From Malacoraja senta (lineage: Eukaryota), in the NCBI GenBank assembly GCA_038087875.1, contig CM075988.1, positions 4,650,001 through 4,714,000 of the forward strand: DNA of 64,000 nt, given 5' to 3'. Made by a program: the position numbers and the translations under genes. Position 1 is the stretch's first letter, and every line of letters begins with the position of its first letter. The notes below the pieces were generated by a model. That model did no database searches and was not told the DNA's origin. It was given only the letters and a program-made list of their open reading frames with translations. Positions 24,393-37,354 of this stretch are shown piece after piece.

Positions 24393-27300
24393 CTTTAGAC
24401 TTTTGAGATACAGCACAGAAACAGGCCCTTCGGCCCACTGAGTCTGCGCCGACCAGCGATCCTTGTGACATTAACACGATCTAACGCACTAGAGACAATT
24501 TACAATTTTTACCAAAGCCAATTAACCTATAAACCTGTATGTCTTTGGATTGTGGGAGGACACCAGAGCACCCAGAAAAAACCCAAGCATTCACAGGAGA
24601 ATGTACAGACAGTGCCCATCGTCAGGCTCGAACCCGGGTCTCTGGCGCTGTGAGGTAACAACTCTACTGCTGATCCACTGTGTCGCCCTTCAAGAGTTGT
24701 GTTTAATAATGTTACAATTTTTCTAATTTTCCTGAACAGAGATATTTAGTGTGCTATTTAAACAAATGAATAATTGTTAGTCTGAAGCAGGGTCCCGACC
24801 CGAAACGTCATCCATCTACAGTATGTTCTCCAGGGATGCTGCCTGACCCACTGAGTTACTGCAGAACTATGTCTTTCCTGAATAATTGCAATCTAAGTCA
24901 GTGAGTGTGCGATGTTTAACTTTTGAGCGTGCGTGAAAAATGTATCCAAGGTGGGCTATCAATGAGCATTCCAAGTGACTGGTGGCGAATCTGTGGAATT
25001 ATTTGCCACAGAAGGCTATGGAGGCCAATGGCTATTTTTAAGGCAGAGGTAGATAGATTCTTGATTACCATGGGCGTCAGAGGTTATGGGGAGAAGGCAG
25101 GAGAATGGGGTTAAGAGGGGAAGATAGATCAGCCACGATTGAATGACGGAGTAGACTTGATGGGCCAAATGGCCTAATTCTGCTCCAATGAATTATGAAC
25201 ATGACTGCCTGTTCACTCTTAGTTCCTTTCTTCCTGGTTGTCCTTAGTGACAACTGCTGTTCACCAACACAGTGGAAGCCTTTGGACTGAAGGTACCACA
25301 AATCCTGGAGTCCATCCTGGACAAGGTAGATAACATTTTAATTTAAGTATTTGGTGGTTGATGTTATAATTAAAATTATACAAAACAAGACGATTTCATA
25401 ACATAGCTTCATTGATGGAACTGGCTTCTAAAAACGTAAAAATAATTTTGCCCAGTGCATAGCATTAGTATTAATGCAGAATACAGCAGTTAACAGTTGC
25501 AATGATGGAGCCCATGACATTAAGTCTGTTTCTCATGAGCTACAAACAGTTCACAGGAGGAGCTACCTCAAGTGATGTGCAGCCACTGATTCATCTCTCT
25601 AATATTTCCATTGTTGTAATACAATAAATAGAATAGCCAATATGCAAGTGGAACAGGCCCTTTAATTCATGAACCGCGGGCAACACGGTGTTGCAGCGGT
25701 AGAGTTCCTGCCTTACAGCACCAGAGACCCGGGTTCGATCCTGACTATGGGTGCTGCTTGTATGTAGTTTATACGTTCTTCCCCGTGACCTGGGTGGGTT
25801 TTCTCCAGGAGCTCTTGTTTCCTCACACAATGCAAAGACGTAGCGGTTTGTAGGCTAATTGGCTTGGTAAAATTATAAATTGTCCCTAATGTGTATGATA
25901 GTGTCAGTGTGCGGGGATCGCTGGTCGATGTGGACTATATGGGCTAAAGGGCCTGTTTCCTCACTGTATCTCTAAACTAAACTAAACTCATAATGTCCTC
26001 AATGCATTCAGTGAAAGTCACAAGAGTCGTTCACTGTTCTGAACTCCCTACCTGCTTTAGCAGCGCGTCTCAAACTAAATGAAATGTCAGCTGCCCTATT
26101 TACCTCCTTAAGCACTTTGTGCCAAACCTTGTAGCTGATTGTGGTTTTGTGAGGCTCTTTGCGACACTTTAGTTTAGAGATACAGTGCTGAAACAGGTCC
26201 TTCGGCCCACCGAGCCCACACCGACCAGCGAATCCCGCACACTAACACTACGCTACATTCACGAGGGACAATGTTACATTAATACTTTTATACCAAGCCA
26301 ATTAATCTATAGACTGCACGTCTGTGGAGTGTGGGAGGAAACCGAAGATCTCAGAGAAAAGCCACGCAGGTCATGGCAAGAACGTACAAACTCCGTACAG
26401 GCAGCACCCGCAGTCATGATCGAACCCGGGTCTCTGGTGCTGTAAGGCAGTAGCTCTACCGCTACACCACCGTGCCACCCTCAGACCATGCGGACCAGCA
26501 TCTGCGGTTCCATCCTACACTGTATGTGCAAGTTGTTGTTGCTGCCTACAGCGCATCATGAATGATTAGCAGGCAAGATTCAAGGTCTTCACGCTTCTAT
26601 TTTAGCAGAGGCAATAACCACTTTATTATGGATTGATTCACTCCTCTGCTGAAACACCCAAGGGATACATTACTCTGAGCGTTCCTGAGATAACATCAGA
26701 AACATCGAACAGCTTTGAATGGATGAGTGGGAGAGATCGACAGACAGTCAACATTGCCTGATCGTATTATATTGCCAGTCAAATACGACCTCTTTGATCC
26801 TTTACATGATCCAAAAGGTCAAGTATCACAGAAGATAGACACACGAAATGCTGGAGTAACTCAGCGGGCCAGGTAGGATTACTCGAGAGAAGGTCTAGGT
26901 GATGTTTCGGGTCGAGACCTTTCTTGAACAAGTGGGCACACTTTGGGCGGCATGGTGGCGCAGCGGTAGAGTTGCTACCTTGCAGCGTTTGCAGCGCCGG
27001 AGACCCGGGTTCGATCCCGTCTATGGGTGCTATCTGTATGGAGTTTGTACATTCTCCCCGTGACCGCGTGGGTTTTCTCCGAGATCCTCGGTTTCCTCCC
27101 ACAATCCAAAGACGTACGGGTTTGTAGGTTAATTGGCCTGGTACAAGTGTAAATTGTCCCTAGTGCGTGTAGGATAGTGTTAATGTGCGGGGATCACTGG
27201 TCGGTGCGGACTTGGTGGGCCCAAGGGCCTGATTCCGCGCTGTATCTCTAAAAAAAACCTCGGCCTTGCACTGGGACCTGGAGCTTGCGATTAACATGGA

Positions 27301-28955
27301 CTACAAATGCAAGTAATAACTTTCTGTGAAAAGGCTAGGTCTTCACGCCTGCCAGTTTTAGCTTTGCTAATCCGATTCTTGTCAGTAGTAGTGTACATCA
27401 TCCAGTGTTTTGAGATAGTCTGAAATAAAGCCCCTTGCAAATCTGAGCTAAATCCATATTGTTAAATCTCTGAGGGATTAAGTCCTTGAGTACTTTGATC
27501 GAAATAGCTCAGTGGCCTTTGAATAACCAAACCCAGTTGCTTGTCCCGATGTTCACATGAGCTTTGTTTAATCAAGTAACATTGGCGTTCTGTCTGGGCA
27601 GAACAAAGGCTATTAATTTCACTTACTGTATACTGTAGCTTTTCACAATTGACCAACAATTCATGTTCCCATTGAGAGACAATTATTCTGTTCTCAAGGA
27701 CCACTTTTACTGAAAACAATGCTTATATTTTAACGCCAGTCCAGGATTTGCTGCGTCTTCAGTTGCTGCCTTACAGCTTCAGAGACGCGGGTTCGATCCT
27801 GAATACGGGTGCTGGCTCTACGGAGTTTGCACGTTCTCCCCGAGTCCGGTGTGGGTTTTCTCCGGTTGCTCCAAAGACGTAGAGGTTTGCAGGGTAATTG
27901 GCTTGGTAAAATTGTAAATTGTCTCAAGAGTGTGTAAGATGGTGTTCGTGTGCAGGGATCGCTGGTTGGCGTGGACTCAGTGGCCGATGGGCCTGATTCC
28001 ACACTATATCCCTAAACTAAATTAAACTAAATTGAAGGGACAGAATTGGCTGGACTCTTTAGAGAAATTGAGTTATTCAGCATAGAAACCAGCTCTTCAG
28101 CCCATTGAGTCCACCATCGATCACCCATTCACACTAGTTCTGTTATCCCCCTTTCTCATCCACTCCCTACACACAAGGGGCAATTCACAGAGGCCAATTA
28201 ACCTACAAACCTGCACGTCTTTGGGACATGGGAGGAAACCGGAGCACCCGGAGAATACCCACGCGGTCACAGGGAGAACGGGCAAACTCTGCACCGACAG
28301 CACCTGAGGTCAGGAATGAACGCGTGTCTCTGGCGCTCTGCACGAGGCAGCAGATCTACCAGCTACACCACCCCCTCACCTTTACAGGTGTGGGGTGGAA
28401 ATTTCATCCCCAATCCATCCATCGACTTTATTTTCTTTTTGTGCTCCCCACATTCCATTCAACTCACTGCTGATTCCACCACTCACCTTTACACTTGGAG
28501 AAATTTACAGAGGCCAATTAATCTATCAACATACATGTTTTGAGGATGTGGGAAGAAACCTGGAGACAACCCAGGCAATCATAGGAAGGTAGACACAAAA
28601 TGCTGGAGTAACTCAACGGGACTGGCAGAAAAATCTGGAGAGAAGGAATGGGTGACGTTTCAGGTCGAAACCCTTCTTCAGATTGTCATAGGGAGATCAT
28701 GCAAACTTCACACAGAGTGCATTGGATGTCAAGGTTAAACCCAGGGGAGATACAAAATGCTGGAGTAACTCAGCGGGTCAGGCAGCATCTCTGGAGGAAA
28801 AGGTTGGTGACATTTCGGTTCAGACTGACCTGCTGAGTTACTCCAACACTCTGTGTCTATCTTTGGTACAAACCAGCATCTGCAGTTCCTTCCTACACAT
28901 TAAACCCAGGGTATTGGAGGTGTGAGACAGCAGCACTACCAGCTGCACCACTGTG
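24393..28955. mobile_element. Series of HE1/V-SINEs (24393-24690 -, 25678-25990 +, 26168-26481 -, 26944-27255 +, 27760-28032 +, 28080-28372 -, 28500-28955 - interrupted) with Penelope units and a CR1 tail (24985-25205)
   Basis: Repeated tRNA A/B boxes, V-core and CR1-like tail. Confidence 0.85.
27627..27709 (-). CDS. Candidate internal exon (xKVVLENRIIVSQWEHELLVNCEKLQYT)
   Basis: Acceptor TTGTTTTCAG; donor ACA|GTAAGT; one open frame (phase 1 to 0); unique sequence. Confidence 0.33.
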
Positions 28956-29097
28956 ATGATGTGGTTCCTGGAAAGTGAAGAATGGCAGGTAACCCACAGA
29001 AATGATTGCATTTATAAAGGCTTTTGATAGCACAAGAGTTTGGATGAAAGACTCCAAATTTGTTGTATCCAAATTAGGTCACATTAATAAATCTCAT

Positions 29098-29278
29098 AGA
29101 TGGACACAAAATGCTGGAGTGACTCAGCGAGATAGGTAGCATCTCTGGATAGAAGGAATGGGTGACATTTTAGGTCAAGACCCTTCTTCAGAACCTTTTC
29201 TGGCATTTTGTGTCTCTCATTGACTCCAGCACATTGTGTCTATCTTCGACTTAAACCAGCATCTGCAGTTCCTTCCTG
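29098..29278. mobile_element. Penelope-derived hairpin insertion with 18-bp TSD
   Basis: CACATTAATAAATCTCAT at 29080-29097 and 29279-29296. Confidence 0.85.
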
Positions 29279-29615
29279 CACATTAATAAATCTCATCAAT
29301 GGAGTTGGGAATTGTGAAGAAACTTGTTCACGTGGAAAGTGATAAGAATGTGAATAATTACCAAATGTAGTAATTAAGCGGACTACCATTGTTGCTTATT
29401 CCCACGGTCCTATGAGATATTTCACATACATATGTAAGAGAGAGTGGATGGAGCTTTGGCACGTACAACCTTAATTGATGCAACAGCTTACTGAACTGTA
29501 GTGTTAATCTAGGTTTCATGAAGGTGGATGATTAAACGTAGGCGAAGGTTCAAGAGGCATAAGCTGAAGAGGATTGATGGACAAGCCTGCGTTCATCATA
29601 AACAGCGGACATGAT

Positions 29616-29647
29616 CTGAAGAAGGGCCTCGACCCGAAACGTCACCC
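29616..29647 (+). ncRNA. Minimal type I hammerhead ribozyme core (Penelope-associated)
   Basis: CTGAAGA-A-GGGCCTCGACCC-GAAA-CGTC|ACCC: CUGANGA box, stem II, GAAA, palindromic ACGT stem III, UC cleavage site; stem I is poor in this copy. Confidence 0.6.
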
Positions 29648-29769
29648 ATGCCTTCTCTCCAGAGATGTTGCCTGCCCCGCTGGGTTACTCCAGCATTTTG
29701 TGTCTGCCTCCAGTGTAAACCAGCGTCTGCAGTTCCTTCCTAGAGACGACCTGAATGACTAGCAATCAC

Positions 29770-30635
29770 GCTGCAGACACAAGGAACTGCAGTTGCTGTA
29801 ATCCTGAGCAAAAACACAATGTGCTGGATGGAGTAACACGGCAGGTCAGGCAGCAACTGTGAAGGGAATGGATGGGTGACTCTATGAGTTGGGATCCTTC
29901 TTCAGAATGATTGTTGGGTGTGGGGTGGGGGGTGGGTGAGGGGGTGGGGGGGGAGGGAGCTGGAAATGAGAGGTGCGAGTTGGGACAAAGCCTGGGAAGT
30001 GGACACAAGTAAATGGGTTGATTGGTAGCTGGGTGGAGTAAATTACAAGGGCGAGGGATGAAAAGGAAACAAAAAGTTATCAGGAAAGAGGAGTGAAAAG
30101 CAAAGTCAGAGGGAGAGATATGGGGTGAAGGGAACAGGGAGGCAGGAAAGATGGGGGGTTAAAAAGGGAATTGAGGGGCTTGGAGATGTGAGATAATGGT
30201 ACGATGGAGGGGGAAGGAGCAGGGTGAATGTGCCACGATGGTGAGAGATATGGGTGTGTACAGGTAACGGGAAAGGTTGGGGAGGGTATGACGTAAAATT
30301 GGAGAATTTAATGTCCAGACCGAAGATAGACCCAAAAAGCTGGAGTAACACAGCAGGTAAGACAGCATCCCTGGTGAAAAGGAATACTGTAGGTGATGTT
30401 TCGTGTTGGTCGGAAGACCCTTCTTCAGACCATGTTGTCGGGTTGTAAACCACCCAAGCAGAGTATGAGGTGCTGTTCCTTTAGTTTCCGTGTGACCTCA
30501 CTCTAGCAATGGAGGAGGCCAAGGGCAGAAAGGTTATAATGAGAGTGGGAAGGGGAGTTAAAATGGTTAGCGACCCGGAGATCTGGTAGGTCTTGACTCA
30601 TCTTTGGCAAAACGGTTGCCTCATCTGCGCTTGGG
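29770..30635 (-). mobile_element. Older Penelope 3' region with pseudo-LTR and a nested Penelope unit (~30321-30430)
   Basis: ATGAGGTGCTGTTCC and GGAAGGGGAGTTAAAATG match the reverse complement of the GIY-YIG end at 63060-63240. Confidence 0.7.
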
Positions 30636-30855
30636 TTGTTTTTGTAACTCTACAAAGAGTTTGAGGCTGTAACTTATCCTATTTTCTGCTAGCCGGTCGG
30701 GATTAGATCAGGTCCATTCCAAGCAGGGAGACTCTGCCACTGGTAATTAATAAGAATATGAAAATCATGTTGCAACTTACAATTGATGGTGAGATGCAGT
30801 GTTTAGAGTTTAGAGTCTCAACCTCCTTCTGCATCAACCCCCTACTTGTAGTCCA

Positions 30856-31190
30856 GTTTAGTTTACTTTAATTTAGTTTAATTTCATTTAAATTAGATAT
30901 ACAGTTCGGAAACAGGCCCTTCGGCCCACCGAGTCCGCACCGACCAGTGATCCCCGTACAGGAGCACACACTACGCACTAGGGACAACTTACAATTTTTA
31001 CACAAGCCAATTAACCTCCAAACCTGCACGTCTATGGAGTGTTGGAGGAATCTGGAGCGCCTGGAGAAAACCCACGCAGTTCACGGGGAGAACGTACAAA
31101 CTCCGTACAGACAGCACCCGTAGTCAGGATCGAACCCGGGTCTCTGGTGCTGTGAGGCAGCAACTCTACCCACTGCGCCACTGTGCCACC
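30856..31190 (-). mobile_element. Full HE1/V-SINE
   Basis: Complete head, core and (CTAAA)n tail on minus. Confidence 0.88.
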
Positions 31191-32022
31191 AAAGGCTTGG
31201 CAGAGCTTGCTAGGAACAACAACCAAGGAATGCATTCCTGAGCAGCCAGAAATTGTTTAATGTACTGTGATTTGCACACGTTCTGCTGCTGGTGCCTATG
31301 GCGGCGTGTTGGGTGGTCGCTGACCCAAGGAGATCAACAGACTTGATCTGCCACATTTATGCTTGCTTAGTAACAACAGGCGTTCAGCTCATACACAGCC
31401 AACCAACCGACCAATGCCTTTGGCCTAAAGCTGAACACAAAGTGTAAATTCAATAAAAAACATTGTCATGGATTAATACGGCAACGTAAGAATTGCTTTT
31501 TGCCTCGGATCAATGAATATGATTATGTAGGGCTGCTATTAATCTTCACACATTCACCACATTCCTGCCAGGGTTAAGGAAAAGGCGACGAGTGTATCAC
31601 AGTGAATTTGAAGCATTTTGCGATCAGATCCCAACTGAGGAGGGATTTTGACACAAAATGCTGCAGCAACTCAGCGGGACAGGCAGCATCTCTTGAGAGA
31701 AGGAATGGGTGACGTTTCGGGTCGAGACCCTTCTTTTCACACTTCTGTACCTCTTGCCTGATGGGAGAGGGGAAAAGTATTTATTAATGAGGGAGTGGTG
31801 GGTGCCAGGAACACACTGCAGGTGGTGGTGGTGGAGGCAGAAACAATAGCAGCATTTAAAAGGCTTTTGGATAGGTACATGTAGGGATCGAGGGATATGG
31901 ATCGCGTGAAGGCAGAGGAGATTACTTTAACTTGGCATCCCATTTTGTACAGACATTTTGAGGCTGTTCCTGTGCTGTACTGTTCTATGTTCCAGTTCCC
32001 CACCCATCCTAAGTTGGAAATA

Positions 32023-32236
32023 TGTAGGAACTGCAGATGCTGGTTTACAACGAAGATAGACACAAAATGCTGTGGTAACTCAGCAGGACAGGTTGCATCT
32101 CTGGATAGGAGGAATGGGTGACGTTTCAGGTCAAGAAGGGTCTGAAGAAGGGTCTCGACCCGAAACATCGCCCATTCCTTCTATCTAGAAATGCTGCCTG
32201 TTCCGCTGAGTTACTCCAGCAATTTGTGTCTATCTT
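32023..32236. mobile_element. Penelope-derived hairpin insertion with 14-bp TSD
   Basis: CTAAGTTGGAAATA at 32009-32022 and 32237-32250; inverted arms; hammerhead-like core at ~32142-32168. Confidence 0.85.
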
Positions 32237-32479
32237 CTAAGTTGGAAATAAATTGCCATCCTTCAATCTTGCTGGCTCTAAAACCTGGTGCAGGCAACTT
32301 GTATCTTACACTGGGGTTACGTGCTTGAAAAGCAATGTGCAAATCACGAAACGTGTAAATCAAACATATGCTGGGCACTGTACATGGCTAAGTTCTCAAA
32401 AGTGACAGGCATAAACTTGAGCACATTATTCCAAATATAGGTGTGCGTAAATTAAACTTCAACAGTAATTTTGAAATAC

Positions 32480-32665
32480 GTTTTTTTGCCTTCCATCACA
32501 GCGCTGTGATGGATGTATATGTAAATTCTGTTGTGTCTCGGGTCTTCTTCATTTTGTGATGTGTGGCTGCAGAAACGACATTTCGTTTGGACCTCAAGGG
32601 GTCCAAATGACAAATTTGTCCAAAAGACAAATAAACAAATTGTAATTGTAATTGTAATTGTAATT
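32480..32665 (+). mobile_element. 3' end of the non-autonomous retroposon family with (TTGTAA)n tail
   Basis: GCCTTCCATCACAG motif, terminal stem-loop TTTGGACC..GGTCCAAA, ACAAATAAA, microsatellite tail. Confidence 0.55.
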
Positions 32666-32757
32666 AGAACCAGTGTGTTATTCTAAAAGCTTGTAAGCCC
32701 AGTACATGTAAAATGCAAGTAATCTGTTTTGTGTAGGTAACTGCAGATGCTGTTTTA

Positions 32758-33360
32758 AGCCCCTGTCCCACTTACGTGTCCTTGGCACGCTAATTACACG
32801 ACCTCGTGGTTGCGTTGAGCCGCGACGGTCCCGCGAAGGTCGCGCGCGACTTCATTCGGCCGCACAGCCGTCTGGAGCACGTGACGTCATTTGAAAATGG
32901 ACGCAAAATACAGGAGTAACTCAGCGGGACCGGCAGCATCTCCGGAGAGAAGCAATGGGTGATGTTTCGGGTCGAGATGCTTCTTCAATCTTCAATTTTC
33001 TTGGCCCCGCTCTGGGAGTAGAAGTGGGGGCGGATCCAGACCGCAACGGCCATGAGCCCCAGGCCTGGTTCGGCGATCGTTTGCCTGCTTCTGCTGCTGT
33101 TGAAGGTGAGACGTTGCGTCGTGCCAGGGTCTTGTGCCTGTCCCACTTTGGCCGTCAGTTCTGCAACAGGCCGTTGGCGCGCAAAGATTTAGTTCGCTAC
33201 AAAAATTTCGGAGCCCCGCACGATGTCGTGCACAACTACATACCCCTCCGCGCTTCTAAGTGGGACTGGCCCCGCACGGCTATACGATGCCCATGCACCT
33301 CAACGCGATCACGAGGTCGCGTAATTTGCGTGCCAAGGACACGTAAGTGGGACAGGCCCT
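32758..33360. mobile_element. PIF/Harbinger-type MITE, family 1, copy 1
   Basis: Long TIR ..CCTGTCCCACTTACGTGTCCTTGGCACG; flanked by TTA and TAA; inserted in a Penelope unit. Confidence 0.8.
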
Positions 33361-33939
33361 TAACACTGAACATAGACACAGAATGCTGGAGTAACTCAGC
33401 GGGACAGGCAGCCTCTCTGGAGAGAAGGAACGGGTGACGTTTCGGGTTAAGACCCTTCTTCAGACTGAGAGTCAGGGGCGAGGGAGACACAGAGATATGG
33501 AAGGGTGAGAGATCAAATGGGACAAATTGAAGGCAAATGCAGAATAGATCATTGTTAGCTGGGGGAAGGTAATACCGAGACGTACTGATGTCTGCATTCA
33601 CTCCCCAGACCTAGACGTACTGATGTCTGCATTCACTCCGGCCAGAAGGGGGTTGTGTGAGTACCTCGCACCAGACAGACTGCAATGATCCAAGGAGGTG
33701 GCTACACCCCTCCTTCTAAACTGGTCTTGCTGAGAATCCTGAAAACTGAATTAAAACATGGTTAATGACTGGCTGTCACTGGCTGATCTTTGCTCTTGAC
33801 CATTGGTGTTTTCTTTCTTCAGTGAGTTAGATACAAGGTCCGTCTTAATGTTTGGACACACACCTAGCCTTGGGACCTGTGCCAAAGTTGACAGAATCAA
33901 AACCTTAGATAGACACAAAATTACTGGAGTAACTCCACT

Positions 33940-34233
33940 AGTGGCACAGTGGCGCAGCGGTAGAGTTGCTGCCTTACAGCACTTGCAGCGCGAGAGACCC
34001 AGGTTCGATCCCGACTACGGGTGCTGTCTGTACGGATTTGTACTTTCACCTCATGACTTGCGGTGGGTTTACTCCGAGATCTTCGGTTTCCTCCCACACT
34101 CTAAAGACGTACAGGTATGTAGGTTAATTGGCTTGGTGTATCTGTAGTGTGTGTAGGATAGTGTTAACGTGCTGGGGATCACTGGTCGGTGCGGACTCGG
34201 CCTGTTTCCGCGCTGTATCTCTAAAACTAAAAC
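33940..34233 (+). mobile_element. V-SINE inserted into a Penelope unit (33908-34303)
   Basis: Host GGAGTAACTC resumes as AACTCAGCGGGTCAGGC after the SINE tail. Confidence 0.8.
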
Positions 34234-34744
34234 TCAGCGGGTCAGGCAGTATCTGTGAGGAACATGGATAGGTGACGTTTCGAGTCGAGACCCTTCTTCA
34301 GACCTTCCTGCAACTACTCGGTACTGCTTCTAACCCATTCAGGCTACAACATTAAACACAATACAAACCAATTTATAATCATAAAGAGTGATTAGCTGAA
34401 CAATTCTTACATTTTTGAGGAACAAAATAGAATTCAAAGCAAGTGATATTTAAATGCGGGAGCAGTTCTGTCATATCAGTACTCTCACTTTAAGAGCAAC
34501 ATAAATGGAAAAGCTATTTCTGTTCAAAAAAACAGAAATCATCAGAGCTTCAATACTTTTTAATGTACCTGATGTACATTAATGTACACTATTTCTATAT
34601 CATCCCACTTTTTCATTTACTACTTACATATTAGGGGCACATTTACAGAGGCTAATTAGCCTTCAAACCCACACTTCTTTGGAATGTAGGAAACTGGAGC
34701 ATCTGGAGGAAACCCACACATAGAGACGTGTGAACTCACCATAG

Positions 34745-35160
34745 ACAATACGATACGATATGGTACGATAGAACTTTATTTATCGCAGGAGGGAAATTGG
34801 TCTCCCAACACTCATAAAACACAATAAGACACACGAAACATGAAATTAAAGCGGAAAGGATTGGGGATATGTAAAGATTGGGGGGGAGGGGGGGGGGGAG
34901 TTGGTCGACCCCATGACAGAAGGGGGAGGAGTTGTACAGTTTGATAGCCACAGGGAAGAAGGGTCTCCTGTGGCGATCTGTGCTGCATCTTGGTGGAACC
35001 AGTCTGTTGCTGAAGGTGCTCCTCCTCTGGTTGACCAGTGTATCATGGAGGGTGTGAGCTGTATTGTCCAAGATGCTCCGCAGTTTGAGGAGCGTCCTCC
35101 CCTCCAAGACCACCTCCAATGAATCCAACTCCCCCCTCAGGACGGAGCCAAGATCCGTTC
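34745..35160 (-). mobile_element. Rex1/Babar LINE 3' fragment
   Basis: LLKLRSILDNTAHTLH..STFSNRLV..RRPFFPVAIKLYNS. Confidence 0.8.
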
Positions 35161-35317
35161 CCCAGACAGCACCCAGGGTCACGATCAAATCCCGGTCTCG
35201 GAGCAATGTGAGGCAGTGGCTCTACCAGCTGCACCACTGTATTACCCTCTGCATTTCCAACAATTTCCAACTCTCTGCAGCCTGAGGTGTCAACGGATGA
35301 TCCACCTTCGTTCCCAC

Positions 35318-35437
35318 CTGAAGATCCAAACAATGGCTTTGGCTCGGTCCACACTTTTGAGAGTTCCAGCCTTGCAGGAAGGACGGTGTTAGCTCCACGC
35401 TGTAGTCCGAATGAAGCTGCTCCAATGAAGCCACAAC
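35318..35437 (-). CDS. Candidate internal exon (VVASLEQLHSDYSVELTPSFLQGWNSQKCGPSQSHCLDLQ)
   Basis: Acceptor ..GGTTCCAG; donor CAG|GTGGGA; 120 nt, phase 0-0; an alternative plus-strand acceptor lies at 35280. Confidence 0.25.
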
Positions 35438-36011
35438 CTGGAACCACCCAATACATAGAACGTATAAAACATTGAACAATGCAGTGCAGGAACAGGGCCA
35501 CAATTACCAAGATCATCTGCCATGGTCAGATATAATAGACTGACAAAGGAGGTGGTAAGAAACCAACTTCAGTGAAACAGATGTAAGAGAAATCAAGTAG
35601 AATTAAGATAGATGAGAAGTGAAAGTTGGCCTGAAATTTCAATTATCGAGTTGAAACACTGTTAATACATCTCACCTATTTTGCATAATATTAAACAAAA
35701 GTTTTAAGAATTTGCAAGATTATCAAAGATGCTACAGCTATTGTTTGAGTTAATTCTGTACATTTTTGACAGCCGTCCTTAGTTGCATTTGTTTTCACTG
35801 ACCTTCAGACGGAGAGCAGTCCAGCTAACCCTACAAGCTCCCTTGTATCAAACTCAGTCCGAGCCCATTGAGATGACGGGAGAACACAATAGCTTTTGCA
35901 TAAGGATCACTGGCCTTTTTTTAGTTCTGAATTTAAAAATGGGCACAGGTCAGTGGCGATATTTCAATGTTTATAAATAACACCAAATTGTGGAATATTT
36001 TATTGTGAGTA

Positions 36012-36640
36012 GGAACATAGAACGAGAACATAGAACATAGAAATGGTACATAGAACATAGAACTGGAACATAGACCATGGAGCATAAACTATACAACATA
36101 GAATATAGAACATGGAACATAGAACATAGAATGTAGAACATAGAACATAGAATGTAGAACATGGAACATAGAACATAGAATGTAGAACATAGAATGTGGA
36201 ACATAGAACATAGAACATGGAACATAGAACATAGAATGTAGAACATGGAACAGAATGTAGAACATGGAACATAGAACATAGAATGTAGAACATAGAACAT
36301 AGAATGTAGAACATAGAACATGGAACATGGAACATAGAACATAGAATGTAGAACATAGAACAAAATGTAGAACATGGAACATAGAACATAGACCATGGAA
36401 CATAGAACATAGAATGTAGAACATAGAACAGAATGTAGAACATGGAACATAGAACATAGTACATAGAACATAGAACTAGAACATAGAACTACAACATAGA
36501 ACATAGAACTGGAACATAGACCATGAACATAGAACTAGAACATAGACCATAGACCATAGAACAGAACATAGTACATAGTACATAGAACATAGAACTAGAA
36601 CTAGAACATAGAATATTGAATATAGAACATATATAGAACA
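36012..36640. repeat. Degenerate (TAGAACA)n heptamer array, ~630 bp
   Basis: Direct reading; variants TAGAATG, TGGAACA and TAGAACT. Confidence 0.95.
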
Positions 36641-37222
36641 ATTAACCTCCAAACCTATACATCTTTGGAGTGTGGGAGGAAACCGGAGTACCTGGAGAAA
36701 ACCCACGTGGTCATGGGCTGAACGTACAAACTCCGTACAGACAGCACCCATAGTCAGGATTGAACCTAGTCTCTAGTAAAGCAGCAACTCTACCGCTGTG
36801 CCACCGCGCAGCCCCTTCAATAAATGAAAAGTTAGTTTAAATAAATAAATAAATCCATTCAATAAATGAAAAAAACAGGACCAAGGAAAGTCAAAGTACA
36901 ACTTTGGGCGGCACGGTGGCGCAGCAATAGAGTTGTTGCCTTACAGCGCTTACAGCGCCAGAGACCCAGGTTTGATCCCGACTACAGGTGCTGTCTGTAT
37001 GGAGTTTGCACGTTCTCCCCCTGACCGCGTGGGTTTTCCGCAAGATCTTTGGTTTTCTCCTACACACCAAAATATGTAGGTAAATTGGCTAAGTAAATGT
37101 AAAAAATTGTCCCTAGTGTGTGTAGGATAGTGTTAATGTGCGGGGATCGCTGGTCGGAGCGGACCCTGTGGGCTGAAGGGCCTGTTTCCGCACTGTATCT
37201 TTAAACTAAACTAACCTAAATT
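36640..37222. mobile_element. Head-to-head V-SINEs (36640-36812 -, 36905-37222 +)
   Basis: SINE motifs as above. Confidence 0.85.
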
Positions 37223-37354
37223 GCCAAAGAGGGAGCATGAACAGAGACCTGGAAAGCAACTGGTAGAGCTGCTTCCTCGCATTGCGAGAGAACCCGGTTT
37301 GATTCTGACCTCGGGGTTACGTTCAGAGTTTGAACATTCTTCCTGTGACCGCAT

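Noticed and set aside
33578..33639. 27-bp direct duplication AGACGTACTGATGTCTGCATTCACTCC
   Set aside because: Only two copies at a truncated Penelope junction; most likely a repair scar.
35971..36751. Long ORFs rich in MFYVLCS
   Set aside because: Translation of the heptamer array; not coding.
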